The translations under genes and the position numbers were made by a program. 32,000 nt of DNA from Geotalea uraniireducens Rf4 (lineage in GTDB: Bacteria > Desulfobacterota > Desulfuromonadia > Geobacterales > Geobacteraceae), in assembly GCF_000016745.1 (NCBI RefSeq), contig NC_009483.1:3270001-3302000 (forward strand). Reading direction: 5' to 3'. A model generated the notes under the pieces. The model did no database searches. It saw only the letters and a list, made by a program, of their open reading frames with translations, and was not told where the DNA came from. Numbering within the stretch: the stretch's first letter is position 1; the number at the start of each line of letters is the position of its first letter. Of the stretch, positions 6,969 to 15,827 are shown piece after piece.

Positions 6969-9062
6969 CTAATGGTTAGCATGTTTATGATTTGTCGCAG
7001 CTTCGCTGACGATTTTCTGTGACAGATGACCCGGCACTTCCTCGTAGTGTGAAAATTCCATGGTGAAGAGCCCGCGGTCGCTGGTCATGGAACGAAGGTC
7101 CGATGCATAGGCAAGGACCTCGGACATCGGCACTACAGCCCTGATGATCTGCGAATTAGCCTTGGGCTCGACACCGACCACCTTACCCCGCCTTGAGTTG
7201 AGATCGCCGATCACGTCGCCCATCGTCTCTTCCGGCACGGTAATCTTCATGTTCATGATCGGTTCGAGGAGCGTTGGTTTTGCGCTCTCCATCGCCTTTT
7301 TGAGCGCCATGGAGCCGGCTACCTTAAAGGCCATCTCCGACGAATCGACCGTATGGAAGGAGCCGTCATAGACCGCCGCCTTGAAATCCACCAGGGGATA
7401 GCCGGCCAGAAATCCGTCCTGCGCGGACTCAAATATCCCCTTTTCCACTGCCGGGATATACTGACGGGGAATTACACCGCCGACGATCCGGTCCTCGAAC
7501 TGGAACCCTTCACCGCGGAGAAGTGGGCTGAATTCCACCCAACAGTCGCCGTACTGACCACGTCCGCCGGACTGCTTTTTGTATTTGCCCTGGACCTTGA
7601 CGGTCCCCTTGAAGGTTTCCAGATACGGCACCTTCGGGGTCTTCAACTCCACATCGACGCTGAACTTGCGTTTCAGCTTCTCGATGGTCACTTCCAGGTG
7701 CACCTGCCCCATGCCGGAAATAATGAGTTCCCTGGTTTTATCGTCGCGGTGAACCTCCAGTGTCTGGTCCTCCTCCATCAATCTCTGCAAAGCGCCGTGG
7801 ATCTTGTCTTCGTCGTTCTTGGTTTTCGGCAGGATTGCATATGATATGACCGGATGGAGCTGTTTGGCAGGTTCGTAACATATCGGTTTATCCGCATCGC
7901 AAAGGGTATCGCCGGTAAGGGTGTCCTTGAGCTTGGAGACGGCGACGATGTCTCCGGCCACAGCCTGCTTGACGGGTTTCTGCTTTTTCCCCTCCAGCTC
8001 GTAAATTTGCCCTATCCGCTCCATGATATCACGGTTGGGATTATAGACTGTCGAATCGGAGTTCAGTATCCCTGAATAGACCCTGAATACAGTAATTTTG
8101 CCGGTATAGGGATCGGAAGTCGTCTTGAACACCAGGGCGGAAAAAGGCTCCGCTTCGTCCGGTGCCCGCTCCACCAGTTGACCGGTTCTCGAATCGGTTC
8201 CTACCACCTTGCCCCGATCCAGCGGTGAGGGGAGGCAGCTGCAGATATAATCCAGGAGTTGGCTGACACCGATATTCATGACAGCAGAACCGCAGAGCAC
8301 GGGGGTGAAGGTGTAGCGGAGCGTGCCGACCCGCAGGCCGTCCATTATCTCCTCTTCGGTCAGGTCGCCGGTCTCAAGATACTTCTCGGTGAGGGAATCA
8401 TAGGCCTCTGCGATTGTCTCTACCATCTGCTCCCTAAGTCTGCGGGCTTCAGCTTCAAACTCGGCGGGAATTTCTTCTTCGCGGAATTTACCCGACAGGT
8501 CCTTTTCGTACAGGTAGGCCTTCATTTTCACCAGATCGATGACGCCGGCAAAATCCTCTTCGGCGCCCATCGGCATTTGAACTGCGACCCCCTTAGCCCC
8601 CAAAACCTTCTCCATATCATCTATGGCGCGGAAGAAACTGGCCCGCTCCCGGTCCATTTTGTTGACAAAGGCGATCCGTGGTATCTCGAACTCATTGGCC
8701 CATTCCCACACTTCTTCGGTTTGCACCTTTACCCCCGAGATGGCTGAAAGGATCAGGACCGCTCCGCCAAGGGCGCGCATGCAGGAACGGGTGTCGGCGA
8801 TAAAGTTGCCATAGCCGGGGGTGTCGACGATATGGATGGAATAACCGTTCCATTCGCAGTGATTGAGGGAAGAGGAGATGGTTATCTTGCGTTTGATCTC
8901 TTCCGGCTCGAAATCCATGGTGGAGGTACCGTCATCGACCCTTCCGAGGCGGTCGATCATCCCTGAGTCAAAGAGGATTGCTTCTGTTAAAGAGGTTTTT
9001 CCGGCCCCGCCATGAGCAACAATTCCAAGATTTCTCAGCTTTGCAGTATCATACTTTCCCAT
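6969..9062 (-). CDS. fusA: Elongation factor G paralog (EF-G-like translational GTPase)
   Basis: Full five-domain EF-G architecture: G1 AHGGAGKTS, DTPGY, NKMD, a domain IV loop region and a C-terminal domain V. The start is placed at the ATG at 9062 (MGKYDTAKLRNLG...), which has a GGGGGG RBS 4 nt upstream. The ORF-track start at 9101 has none. Confidence 0.9.
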   Translation of the reverse strand: MGKYDTAKLRNLGIVAHGGAGKTSLTEAILFDSGMIDRLGRVDDGTSTMDFEPEEIKRKITISSSLNHCEWNGYSIHIVDTPGYGNFIADTRSCMRALGGAVLILSAISGVKVQTEEVWEWANEFEIPRIAFVNKMDRERASFFRAIDDMEKVLGAKGVAVQMPMGAEEDFAGVIDLVKMKAYLYEKDLSGKFREEEIPAEFEAEARRLREQMVETIAEAYDSLTEKYLETGDLTEEEIMDGLRVGTLRYTFTPVLCGSAVMNIGVSQLLDYICSCLPSPLDRGKVVGTDSRTGQLVERAPDEAEPFSALVFKTTSDPYTGKITVFRVYSGILNSDSTVYNPNRDIMERIGQIYELEGKKQKPVKQAVAGDIVAVSKLKDTLTGDTLCDADKPICYEPAKQLHPVISYAILPKTKNDEDKIHGALQRLMEEDQTLEVHRDDKTRELIISGMGQVHLEVTIEKLKRKFSVDVELKTPKVPYLETFKGTVKVQGKYKKQSGGRGQYGDCWVEFSPLLRGEGFQFEDRIVGGVIPRQYIPAVEKGIFESAQDGFLAGYPLVDFKAAVYDGSFHTVDSSEMAFKVAGSMALKKAMESAKPTLLEPIMNMKITVPEETMGDVIGDLNSRRGKVVGVEPKANSQIIRAVVPMSEVLAYASDLRSMTSDRGLFTMEFSHYEEVPGHLSQKIVSEAATNHKHANH

Positions 9063-9136
9063 GATGCCCCCCTTGATTGGAAGTAGGTAAAAGTAACGCA
9101 AACGGCTCTTCTTCTTTACCGTTACCCTACCTGCCG

Positions 9137-9907
9137 TTAAGTTTCCCGGTTTCTCTGATACAGTATCCGCAACCCTTCCAAGGTCAGATACTCATCCACC
9201 TCCTCGATGGTAGCCGATTCCGGCGCAATCAGGCCGGCAAGCCCTCCCGTGGCGATAACCCTCGGGTTGTCCTTTCCCTCCCCTTTCATTCTTGTAACTA
9301 TCCCGTCAACGAGCCCCACGTAGCCATAATAAATCCCGGCCTGCATGGAGTTGACGGTGTTTTTCGCTATGATTGCCGGCGGCTTGGCTATCTCGACCCG
9401 CGGCAGCTTGCTCGCCTTCTGGAACAGGGCCTCCATGGAAATCATCAGACCGGGAGCAATGGCGCCGCCGCAGTATTCACCCCTCTTGTTCACATAGTCA
9501 AAGGTGGTGGCAGTGCCGAAATCGACGATTATCAGGGCACAGTGGTGTTTTTCGAATCCGGCGACCGCATTGACGATGCGGTCTGCCCCGACTTCCTTGG
9601 GGTTATCGTACTGTATCGGCATGCCGGTCTTGATACCGGGACCTACCACATACGGTTTGAACCCGAAGTATTGGCGTGAAAGCTTCTCCAGAGCCCCGGT
9701 AAGTGTGGGAACCACTGAAGAAATGATGATATCCTTGATGTCGGAAAAACCGATACCCGCAAGCCGGAACAGATCATGGACCAGGATGCCGTATTCGTCG
9801 GGCGTCTTCGACTTGTCGGTGGAGACGCGCCAGTCTCTCACCAGGCGCTCGTTGTCATAAATACCGAGAACAATGTTGCTGTTCCCCACATCAATTACCA
9901 GAAGCAA
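9137..9907 (-). CDS. coaX: Type III pantothenate kinase
   Basis: [32 protein letters not shown] and VIATGGLA are ASKHA-fold CoaX motifs. The TTG start is preceded by GGAGG. Confidence 0.9.
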   Translation of the reverse strand: MLLVIDVGNSNIVLGIYDNERLVRDWRVSTDKSKTPDEYGILVHDLFRLAGIGFSDIKDIIISSVVPTLTGALEKLSRQYFGFKPYVVGPGIKTGMPIQYDNPKEVGADRIVNAVAGFEKHHCALIIVDFGTATTFDYVNKRGEYCGGAIAPGLMISMEALFQKASKLPRVEIAKPPAIIAKNTVNSMQAGIYYGYVGLVDGIVTRMKGEGKDNPRVIATGGLAGLIAPESATIEEVDEYLTLEGLRILYQRNRET

Positions 9908-9963
9908 ATCAAACCTCCAAAATCGGGGATCAGGAATCAGGGATCGGTAAAACTCTAATCAGC

Positions 9964-10047
9964 CAGTTCCCAGTTCCCAGTTCCCAGTTCCCAGTTCCCA
10001 GTTCCCAGTTCCCAGTTCCCAGTTCCCAGTTCCCAAATCACAAATCA
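9964..10047. repeat. Heptanucleotide tandem array: 10 x CAGTTCC followed by 2 x CAAATCA
   Basis: Ten perfect contiguous copies were counted directly (9964-10033), then two CAAATCA copies (10034-10047). The last copy contains the birA stop codon. The array lies in the birA-coaX spacer. Confidence 0.95.
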
Positions 10048-11055
10048 CAATATAGTCACATCCCCGGACAGCACCCGCTCTTCCCTGCCGTCGAGATCGA
10101 GCAGCAGCGCGCCTATGTCGTCAATTCCCTTGACCACGCCGGTCATTACCCGATCCTGACAGGACACCCTGACCTGTCGCCCGTACATTTGCGAACGGGC
10201 CAGCCATTCTTCCCTGATCGCCCCGTATCCATCAACCAAATAACTATCGTAGAGCGCATCAAGCTCATGGAGGAGGGTACGGACGAAATCGTTGCGGTTT
10301 ACCGGAACCCCACCCTCGATAAACAGGGAACTGGCCGGATGACGAAGGTCAGCTGGAAACTGCTCGGAACGCATATTCACATTAACGCCGATGCCCAGCA
10401 CCACGAAGTTCACCTTCTCGGTCTCGGCACTCATTTCGTTTAAAAGGCCGGCAATTTTTTTACCGTTGATCAGTATGTCATTGGGCCATTTTATCCATGG
10501 TTGCAACGGGGTAGACTGCTCCACGGACCTTGCCACGGCTACCACCGAAAGGAACGTCAACTGGGAAGCGGCAACAGGTGTTATTGAAGGGCGGAGAATT
10601 ATGGAGCAATAAAGATTGACGCCGTCCGGAGACGCCCATTCCCTTCCGAGCCGTCCCTTGCCGCGAGACTGGGTATCGGCAATCACCACCGTCCCCTCGG
10701 CGGCGCCATCCTCTGCAAGCTTGAAGGCAACGTTATTGGTGGAATCCGTCTCGTTGAAGCAGATAATCTTCGTGCCGATCCGTTTGTTCGCCAGCCCCGC
10801 TGCAATCTCGGCCGGAACAAGTAAATCGGGTGAGGCAAGCAACCGATACCCTCGCGCAGGAACCGCAACAATGCTGTAACCTAAATCCTTGAGGGATTTG
10901 ATATGCTTCCAGACGGCAGTTCGGGAGATACGGAGCGAGCTGCTCAGCTCCTCGCCGGAGACGACCTCCCCATTCCTGGCGCGGAATATTTCCAGTATCT
11001 GCTGGTTCAGCGTTTTTATGGTGCAATCAACGGTCTGCGTTGAAGTCTCTTTCAA
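10045..11055 (-). CDS. birA: Bifunctional biotin-[acetyl-CoA-carboxylase] ligase / biotin operon repressor
   Basis: It has an N-terminal winged HTH ([28 protein letters not shown]), the [12 protein letters not shown] biotin-binding motif and a C-terminal SH3-like domain. The TTG start overlaps the nadC stop. Confidence 0.9.
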   Translation of the reverse strand: MKETSTQTVDCTIKTLNQQILEIFRARNGEVVSGEELSSSLRISRTAVWKHIKSLKDLGYSIVAVPARGYRLLASPDLLVPAEIAAGLANKRIGTKIICFNETDSTNNVAFKLAEDGAAEGTVVIADTQSRGKGRLGREWASPDGVNLYCSIILRPSITPVAASQLTFLSVVAVARSVEQSTPLQPWIKWPNDILINGKKIAGLLNEMSAETEKVNFVVLGIGVNVNMRSEQFPADLRHPASSLFIEGGVPVNRNDFVRTLLHELDALYDSYLVDGYGAIREEWLARSQMYGRQVRVSCQDRVMTGVVKGIDDIGALLLDLDGREERVLSGDVTIL

Positions 11056-11882
11056 CTGCCCTCCATCAGCATGGAGATATCCATGGCCCGTACCGAATGG
11101 GTAAGCGCACCGACGGAAATGATGTCGACTCCTGTTTCGGCGATTTCCCTGACGGTCGTCAGATTTACCCCCCCCGAAGCTTCCGCCAGCGCCTTTCCTC
11201 CGATCATGGCAACTGCCTCGCGCATGGTGGTCACATCCATGTTGTCAAGCATGATGATATCGGCTCCGGCGGTCAGGGCTTCGCCAACCTCGGCAAGCGT
11301 CTCGGTCTCCACCTCGATCTTCAGGGTGTGTGGGATATAGGCCCTGGCTCGACTTATGGCTGCGGTGATCCCACCGGCCGCAGCTATATGATTCTCCTTG
11401 ATCAGTACGCCATCATAGAGGCCGGTGCGGTGATTGATGCCGCCCCCCACCCTTACCGCATATTTTTCCAGCATCCTGAGCCCGGGCGTAGTCTTGCGGG
11501 TATCGACAACCCGGGCGTTGGTCCCGGTAACCGCCTGCACATACCGGGCAGTCTGGGTCGCCACCCCGCACATGCGCTGCAGCAGGTTGAGCGCCACCCG
11601 CTCGCCCTGGAGAAGCAACGAGGCATCGCCGACAATCTCGGCAATTATGTCGCCGGGGTTAAGCAGATCCCCATCAGAGAAATGAGCCGTGAATGTAATG
11701 CCTGGATCAAGAACATGGAAGACCCGCGCCGCGACATCAATGCCGGCCAGCATCATGGCTTCCTTTGCCTTCAGCCTGGCGCGCATTTTCCGGTTTTCAC
11801 GCACCACGGCCAGGGTAGTGATATCACCGGTGTGAATATCCTCCATGAGCGCATTTTCTATGATCCTGTCAAGACCGGTCAT
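11052..11882 (-). CDS. nadC: Nicotinate-nucleotide diphosphorylase (quinolinate phosphoribosyltransferase)
   Basis: A typical NadC sequence: DITT..., LLQGERVALNLLQRMCGVAT, DTRKTTPGLR, KENHI, IMLDNM and ASGGV. Confidence 0.9.
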   Translation of the reverse strand: MTGLDRIIENALMEDIHTGDITTLAVVRENRKMRARLKAKEAMMLAGIDVAARVFHVLDPGITFTAHFSDGDLLNPGDIIAEIVGDASLLLQGERVALNLLQRMCGVATQTARYVQAVTGTNARVVDTRKTTPGLRMLEKYAVRVGGGINHRTGLYDGVLIKENHIAAAGGITAAISRARAYIPHTLKIEVETETLAEVGEALTAGADIIMLDNMDVTTMREAVAMIGGKALAEASGGVNLTTVREIAETGVDIISVGALTHSVRAMDISMLMEGS

Positions 11883-12021
11883 AACTGTCTCCCGATAATA
11901 AAATCAAACCTTTTTATAACACAGCTTAACACCGGTCGCAACCGCTAATCCAGCGTTCAGACAATACCGATAACGGTACTTTTTCTGACTGATTTACGCC
12001 TTCCCATCTTTCCCTAATAAT

Positions 12022-12050
12022 TTGACTAAACAATCCCATTGCAATAGAAT
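12022..12050 (+). promoter_or_regulatory. Candidate sigma70 promoter TTGACT-17-TAGAAT
   Basis: -35 TTGACT (12022-12027), an exact 17-nt spacer, and -10 TAGAAT (12045-12050), 34 nt upstream of the ATG at 12084. Confidence 0.45.
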
Positions 12051-12083
12051 AATCGAACCAATGTCATTTATAAGTCGGGACTA

Positions 12084-13400
12084 ATGAAGATCAAATTTTT
12101 TCTACCCAAATTTTCACTTGTACAGAAGCTCGTCGCCGGCTACGTCGCGATGGCATTTTTCACCACGGCGTCTCTCATATTCTCGATAATGGGGTTGTAC
12201 TCCCTCCATTCGATAGCCAGAGAGATTGCCAGAAATGACCTGGTGATTATCAATTCAACCAACAAGCTGCGTGAGTCTTTGCTGGCCCAGGAACGCTATG
12301 CGGGCAAATATGCTATCCTGAAGAGTCCCGAATTCATTGAACTTTTCAGCCGCAGAGAAGCCGAGTTTCTCGATATCCTGCAAAAACTCAGACAGAACAA
12401 ACAGAATCAGGATATAGTGCCTCTTGCCCAATTGTATCAAAACTATCGAACCAATACCTACCGTTTGTTTCAGGGGAAGACCAGCGATCCTCTTCCCATA
12501 AAATCAGCGGCGCAAAAGATATTCAACGCCATCGATACAATCTACAAAAATCGACAGAACCAACTGAACGCCAAGCTCGAAACCGCTGACGAAAAGGAAA
12601 GCTCGACAATCAGATGGACGCTCATTCTCTCTTTTACCGGCTTCTCCCTTGCAATCGTCGTGGCGGCCTTCTTCATCTACAATATTTCGAGTGCCATAAG
12701 AAGGCTGAAGAAGGCAACACACCGCATCGCAGAAGGTGATTTCGATTACGATCCTCAAATCCGGCCTGGTGATGAAATCGGCGATCTGGCCGGGGATTTC
12801 ATCAGCATGGCAGCAAAGCTCAAGGTTCTGGAACAGATAAGCCTTGACGCCAGTCCGTTGACGAGGCTTCCCGGCAACATTGCCATTGAAAGGGTCCTGA
12901 ACAGAAGATTACAGGAAGGTATCCCTTTCGCCGTCTGTTACGCCGACCTGGACAACCTGAAGGCGTACAACGATCACTACGGTTACATAAAGGCAAGCGA
13001 AGTGATTAGAAGAGCAGGCGAAATCATATACGAGGCGGTCAAGTCGACTGCCGAAGCAAACGCCTTTGTCGGCCATATCGGCGGAGATGATTTTGTCATG
13101 GTAATCGACATGGAAAACGCAGCCGCAGCATGTGAAGCAGTGATAGAAAAATTCGACGCCGAGATACGCAACCACTACACACCGGAAGACCTGAGCAGAG
13201 GCTCGATTGACGCGGTAGACCGCTATGGGGTGCCGCGCGTATTCCCGATAATGACCATATCGATTGCCGTCACTATCTGCCGACAGGGCGAATATGACTC
13301 TGCCGTCGAGATCGCGAAAGCCGCTACCGAAATTAAAGATTATGTAAAAGGAATGCCGGGGAGCAATTATCTGATCAACCGGCGTAAGATCAAACGATGA
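12084..13400 (+). CDS. Membrane sensor with HAMP domain and a GGDEF-like domain carrying a non-canonical GGDDF signature
   Basis: It has two TM segments around a periplasmic helical region and a HAMP domain (IRRLKKATHRIAEGDFDYD...GDEIGDLAGDF). Then come LTRLPGN...YADLDNLKAYNDHYGY...GHIGGDDFVMV. Confidence 0.8.
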   Translation: MKIKFFLPKFSLVQKLVAGYVAMAFFTTASLIFSIMGLYSLHSIAREIARNDLVIINSTNKLRESLLAQERYAGKYAILKSPEFIELFSRREAEFLDILQKLRQNKQNQDIVPLAQLYQNYRTNTYRLFQGKTSDPLPIKSAAQKIFNAIDTIYKNRQNQLNAKLETADEKESSTIRWTLILSFTGFSLAIVVAAFFIYNISSAIRRLKKATHRIAEGDFDYDPQIRPGDEIGDLAGDFISMAAKLKVLEQISLDASPLTRLPGNIAIERVLNRRLQEGIPFAVCYADLDNLKAYNDHYGYIKASEVIRRAGEIIYEAVKSTAEANAFVGHIGGDDFVMVIDMENAAAACEAVIEKFDAEIRNHYTPEDLSRGSIDAVDRYGVPRVFPIMTISIAVTICRQGEYDSAVEIAKAATEIKDYVKGMPGSNYLINRRKIKR

Positions 13401-13951
13401 AAAAGCTTATTATCATACTTATTGCGCTCCTTGGTCTAACCGGCTGCGCCGCAATCAATAAAGAGAGCGGTGGCATCATTCATCGCTTCAAACAGGAGAG
13501 GAAACTTGCGGAAGCGGTTAAACTGCTGGAAAAAGGGGATGAAGCAGCCGCCACTAAATTATTGAAAGAAATCACCACAGCGGAAGGAACGCCGGGGGTC
13601 ACCGATGAGGCGCTGTTCCGTCTCAGCCTGATGCAACTTCGACCAGACGTGGGGCGGGACGGGCTTGAACAGACGCAAAAAAGCCTGGAACACCTGCTGA
13701 GGGAATACCCGTCAAGTTCCTGGACCCGCATGGCCTGGCCGCTCATGGAATTCCTGACCTCAGCGGAAGAATTGCAGCGCCAGAACCGGAATCTGAAGAT
13801 TCTCAATCTGTCGTTGAATAAAGAAAACAAGGAGCAGCAACACATTAAAAGCCTTAACCTGTCCCTGACCAAGGAAAACAAGGAGTTGCGGCAGGCTATC
13901 GAACGGCTGAAGAACCTGGACCTGGAACTGGAACAGAAAACGAAACACTAG
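13397..13951 (+). CDS. Lipoprotein with a TPR-like region and a C-terminal coiled coil with a duplicated LNLSL(N/T)KENKE unit
   Basis: Lipobox LLGLTGC after a signal peptide. The start overlaps the upstream stop (ATGA). The internal repeat is ILNLSLNKENKEQ / SLNLSLTKENKEL. Confidence 0.7.
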   Translation: MKKLIIILIALLGLTGCAAINKESGGIIHRFKQERKLAEAVKLLEKGDEAAATKLLKEITTAEGTPGVTDEALFRLSLMQLRPDVGRDGLEQTQKSLEHLLREYPSSSWTRMAWPLMEFLTSAEELQRQNRNLKILNLSLNKENKEQQHIKSLNLSLTKENKELRQAIERLKNLDLELEQKTKH

Positions 13952-13958
13952 TGTATCG

Positions 13959-14495
13959 TTACTGCCGCCATCCCAACGGAACGCCGACCCTTGCCGCCTC
14001 CACATCGAGGGCGTTGAGCTTTTCCTGCAGTTCTATTATTTTAGCCTCATCCCGTTTAATTTCGTCATTCAGATCATTAAAAGAGACCCGGTCGCTCCCG
14101 CGCTGATATATAACCCTCTTACGCCGCGCAACATTCAAGTTCTCCCTCTTTACCGTCAGACCATCCTCAAGGCTTTTAATTTCTGCACGGAGAGTCGCAA
14201 AGCCGGACCGCCACCAATCCTCTCCGTAACCGCCAAAGAGCCTGCTTCCATTATCCGTATCATCGGATGCGGCAGGGGCCGCGCTTTCCGTAACAGGCGG
14301 CAAGGCTGGTTTTGACACCTCCCCCTTGACGGAATCCCTTTCCTTAACCCGTTTCAGGTACTTTGCCGGAATCCTGTCGGGATCATCGGTGAAATGTAGG
14401 ACACCCTTTTCGTCCAGCCACTCGTAGGTTGCTGCCTGCGCCGCCACATTGAACAAGAGTACCGTTAAAATCAATGCCGGTAAAAGCTTCTTCAT
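13959..14495 (-). CDS. Secreted DUF4124-domain protein
   Basis: A signal peptide (MKKLLPALILTVLLFNVAAQA) is followed by YEWLDEKGVLHFTDDPDRIP, the DUF4124 signature, and then a coiled-coil tail. Confidence 0.7.
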   Translation of the reverse strand: MKKLLPALILTVLLFNVAAQAATYEWLDEKGVLHFTDDPDRIPAKYLKRVKERDSVKGEVSKPALPPVTESAAPAASDDTDNGSRLFGGYGEDWWRSGFATLRAEIKSLEDGLTVKRENLNVARRKRVIYQRGSDRVSFNDLNDEIKRDEAKIIELQEKLNALDVEAARVGVPLGWRQ

Positions 14496-14557
14496 CGCCC
14501 CTATCTCCCCATTCCGCTCTGGAAACCGTCGAGAATTTGCTCCAATTATAAAAAACA

Positions 14558-14576
14558 GTCAATATTTTAAATTGAC
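14558..14576. promoter_or_regulatory. Palindrome GTCAAT-N7-ATTGAC overlapping the -35 of the cytochrome promoter (possible operator)
   Basis: Directly visible 6-bp inverted repeat arms separated by ATTTTAA. Confidence 0.3.
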
Positions 14577-14600
14577 GACTGAAAACTCAGTGTGTATATT
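14572..14600 (+). promoter_or_regulatory. Candidate sigma70 promoter TTGACG-17-TATATT for the multiheme cytochrome gene
   Basis: -35 TTGACG (14572-14577), a 17-nt spacer, and -10 TATATT (14595-14600), about 50 nt upstream of the ATG at 14652. Confidence 0.5.
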
Positions 14601-14651
14601 ACAGCGCTTGAAATGCAAATTCAGTTATTATTCCATGACAAGGAGTGCGCC

Positions 14652-15674
14652 ATGCAGCTTCGTCTCACCATCCTTACATTTCTTTTTGTTTTATCGGCAC
14701 CGCTCGTCCTCTTCGCCAAGGAGACCAAGGATGTCCAGTTTCGGCTTGAAAACGCCGAACCGGTTGTGTTCAGCCATGATATCCATTTAAAGAAATATAA
14801 CAACAATTGCAGAATTTGCCACAACGCAATTTTCAACCTTAAAAAACGCCAGCATTACACCATGGCCGAGATGGAGAAGACCAAATCATGCGGCGCCTGC
14901 CACTCCGGCGTCAAGGCTTTCAGCGTTGCCGACGAAAAGGACTGCGTCCGTTGCCATAAAGGCAAGCCGCGCAACATTACCTACAAGGTTAAAGGTGCAA
15001 CCGAGGCCATGTTCAGCCATGCGGTGCATATTGCCAAAACCGGCGGCAAATGTAAAAGCTGCCACAACGGCAAAATCATCACCGGCAAGGATGGCCGCGT
15101 AACAATGGCGCAGATGGAAAAAGGAAAGACCTGCGGCGCCTGCCATAACGGCGCGAAGGCCTTCACGGTAGCAGGTAACTGCGGCAAGTGTCACAAGGGA
15201 ATGACACCAAAGGATATCGCCTTCAAAACCAAGGGAATCAGCGGCGCAACCTTCAGCCACACTTTCCACACCGGCGTTTACAGCTGTAAAGACTGCCACA
15301 CCAAGATCTTCCCATTCAAAGCCGGAGCAAAGCATTTCACCATGGGTGATATGGACAAAGGCAAATCGTGCGGCGCTTGCCACAACGGCAAAGATGCATT
15401 TGCCTCCAGTGGCGACTGCGAAAAATGCCATACCGGTTTCAAACCAGGTAACATTACTTTCAAGACCGAATCCGGAGATGCCAAATTCAGCCATGAATTC
15501 CACCTCGGCATGTATAAATGCACCGACTGCCACACCAAACTGTTCCCCTTCAAGGCGGGAGCAAAACACTTCACCATGACGCAGATGGAAGAGGGAAAAT
15601 CGTGCGGTACCTGCCACAATTCGAAGGATGCTTTTAGCGTAAAGGGTGACTGTGAAAAATGCCACAAAATGTAA
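14652..15674 (+). CDS. Periplasmic dodecaheme cytochrome c built from four c7-type triheme domains
   Basis: Twelve CxxCH motifs were counted, arranged as 4 x (F.H..H...CxxCH...T/HxTM..M..GK(S/T)CGxCH...AF...CxxCH). The signal peptide is MQLRLTILTFLFVLSAPLVLFA. The start is set at the ATG at 14652, with AAGGAG 6 nt upstream, rather than the ORF-track 14592. Confidence 0.9.
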   Translation: MQLRLTILTFLFVLSAPLVLFAKETKDVQFRLENAEPVVFSHDIHLKKYNNNCRICHNAIFNLKKRQHYTMAEMEKTKSCGACHSGVKAFSVADEKDCVRCHKGKPRNITYKVKGATEAMFSHAVHIAKTGGKCKSCHNGKIITGKDGRVTMAQMEKGKTCGACHNGAKAFTVAGNCGKCHKGMTPKDIAFKTKGISGATFSHTFHTGVYSCKDCHTKIFPFKAGAKHFTMGDMDKGKSCGACHNGKDAFASSGDCEKCHTGFKPGNITFKTESGDAKFSHEFHLGMYKCTDCHTKLFPFKAGAKHFTMTQMEEGKSCGTCHNSKDAFSVKGDCEKCHKM

Positions 15675-15710
15675 GGGACACGCTGTCGCGTTTGTGACCG
15701 AATAAACAAG

Positions 15711-15740
15711 AAAAGGCGGAGCCATCAGCTCCGCCTTTTC
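15711..15740 (+). terminator. Rho-independent terminator
   Basis: AAAA, GGCGGAGC stem (15715-15722), CATCA loop, GCTCCGCC stem (15728-15735), then TTTT. Confidence 0.7.
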
Positions 15741-15827
15741 TGTACCATACATCCGATTAACGTTTTGGGAAACACATGCAATGATCTAGCTGCAAAGTCT
15801 TTAATCCTTGTTCCGGGAGGGTCCGCT

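Noticed and set aside
6969-9101. Longer ORF-track starts for several genes (9101 EF-G, 14592 cytochrome, 15765 AMIN protein, 18457 Hsp70, 28481 gvpA, 19412 gvpF/L, 28111, 30199)
   Set aside because: In each case an internal ATG has a properly spaced Shine-Dalgarno sequence and restores the expected family N-terminus or signal peptide. The upstream extensions lack an RBS.
9077-9679. 200-aa plus-strand ORF
   Set aside because: It is antisense to coaX and to the 5' end of the EF-G gene. It has no motifs and no RBS.
9964-10047. Repeat array considered as a possible CRISPR or mini-CRISPR
   Set aside because: The units are 7 nt and contiguous, with no spacers, and no cas genes are nearby. This is a simple tandem repeat.
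11040-11948. 302-aa ORF on the plus strand
   Set aside because: It is entirely antisense to the well-supported nadC gene. Its composition is Gly/Pro/His/Arg-rich, typical of shadow frames opposite a real gene, and it has no RBS or recognisable motif.
15290-15640. DNA-level similarity between cytochrome modules 3 and 4 considered as a recent duplication or mobile insertion
   Set aside because: It is explained by the tandem c7-domain architecture of a single intact ORF. There are no flanking repeats or disruption.
14886-15752. 288-aa ORF on the minus strand
   Set aside because: It is antisense to the dodecaheme cytochrome gene. It is a mirror-frame artefact, rich in Ala/Phe/Gly/Val, and crosses the cytochrome terminator.
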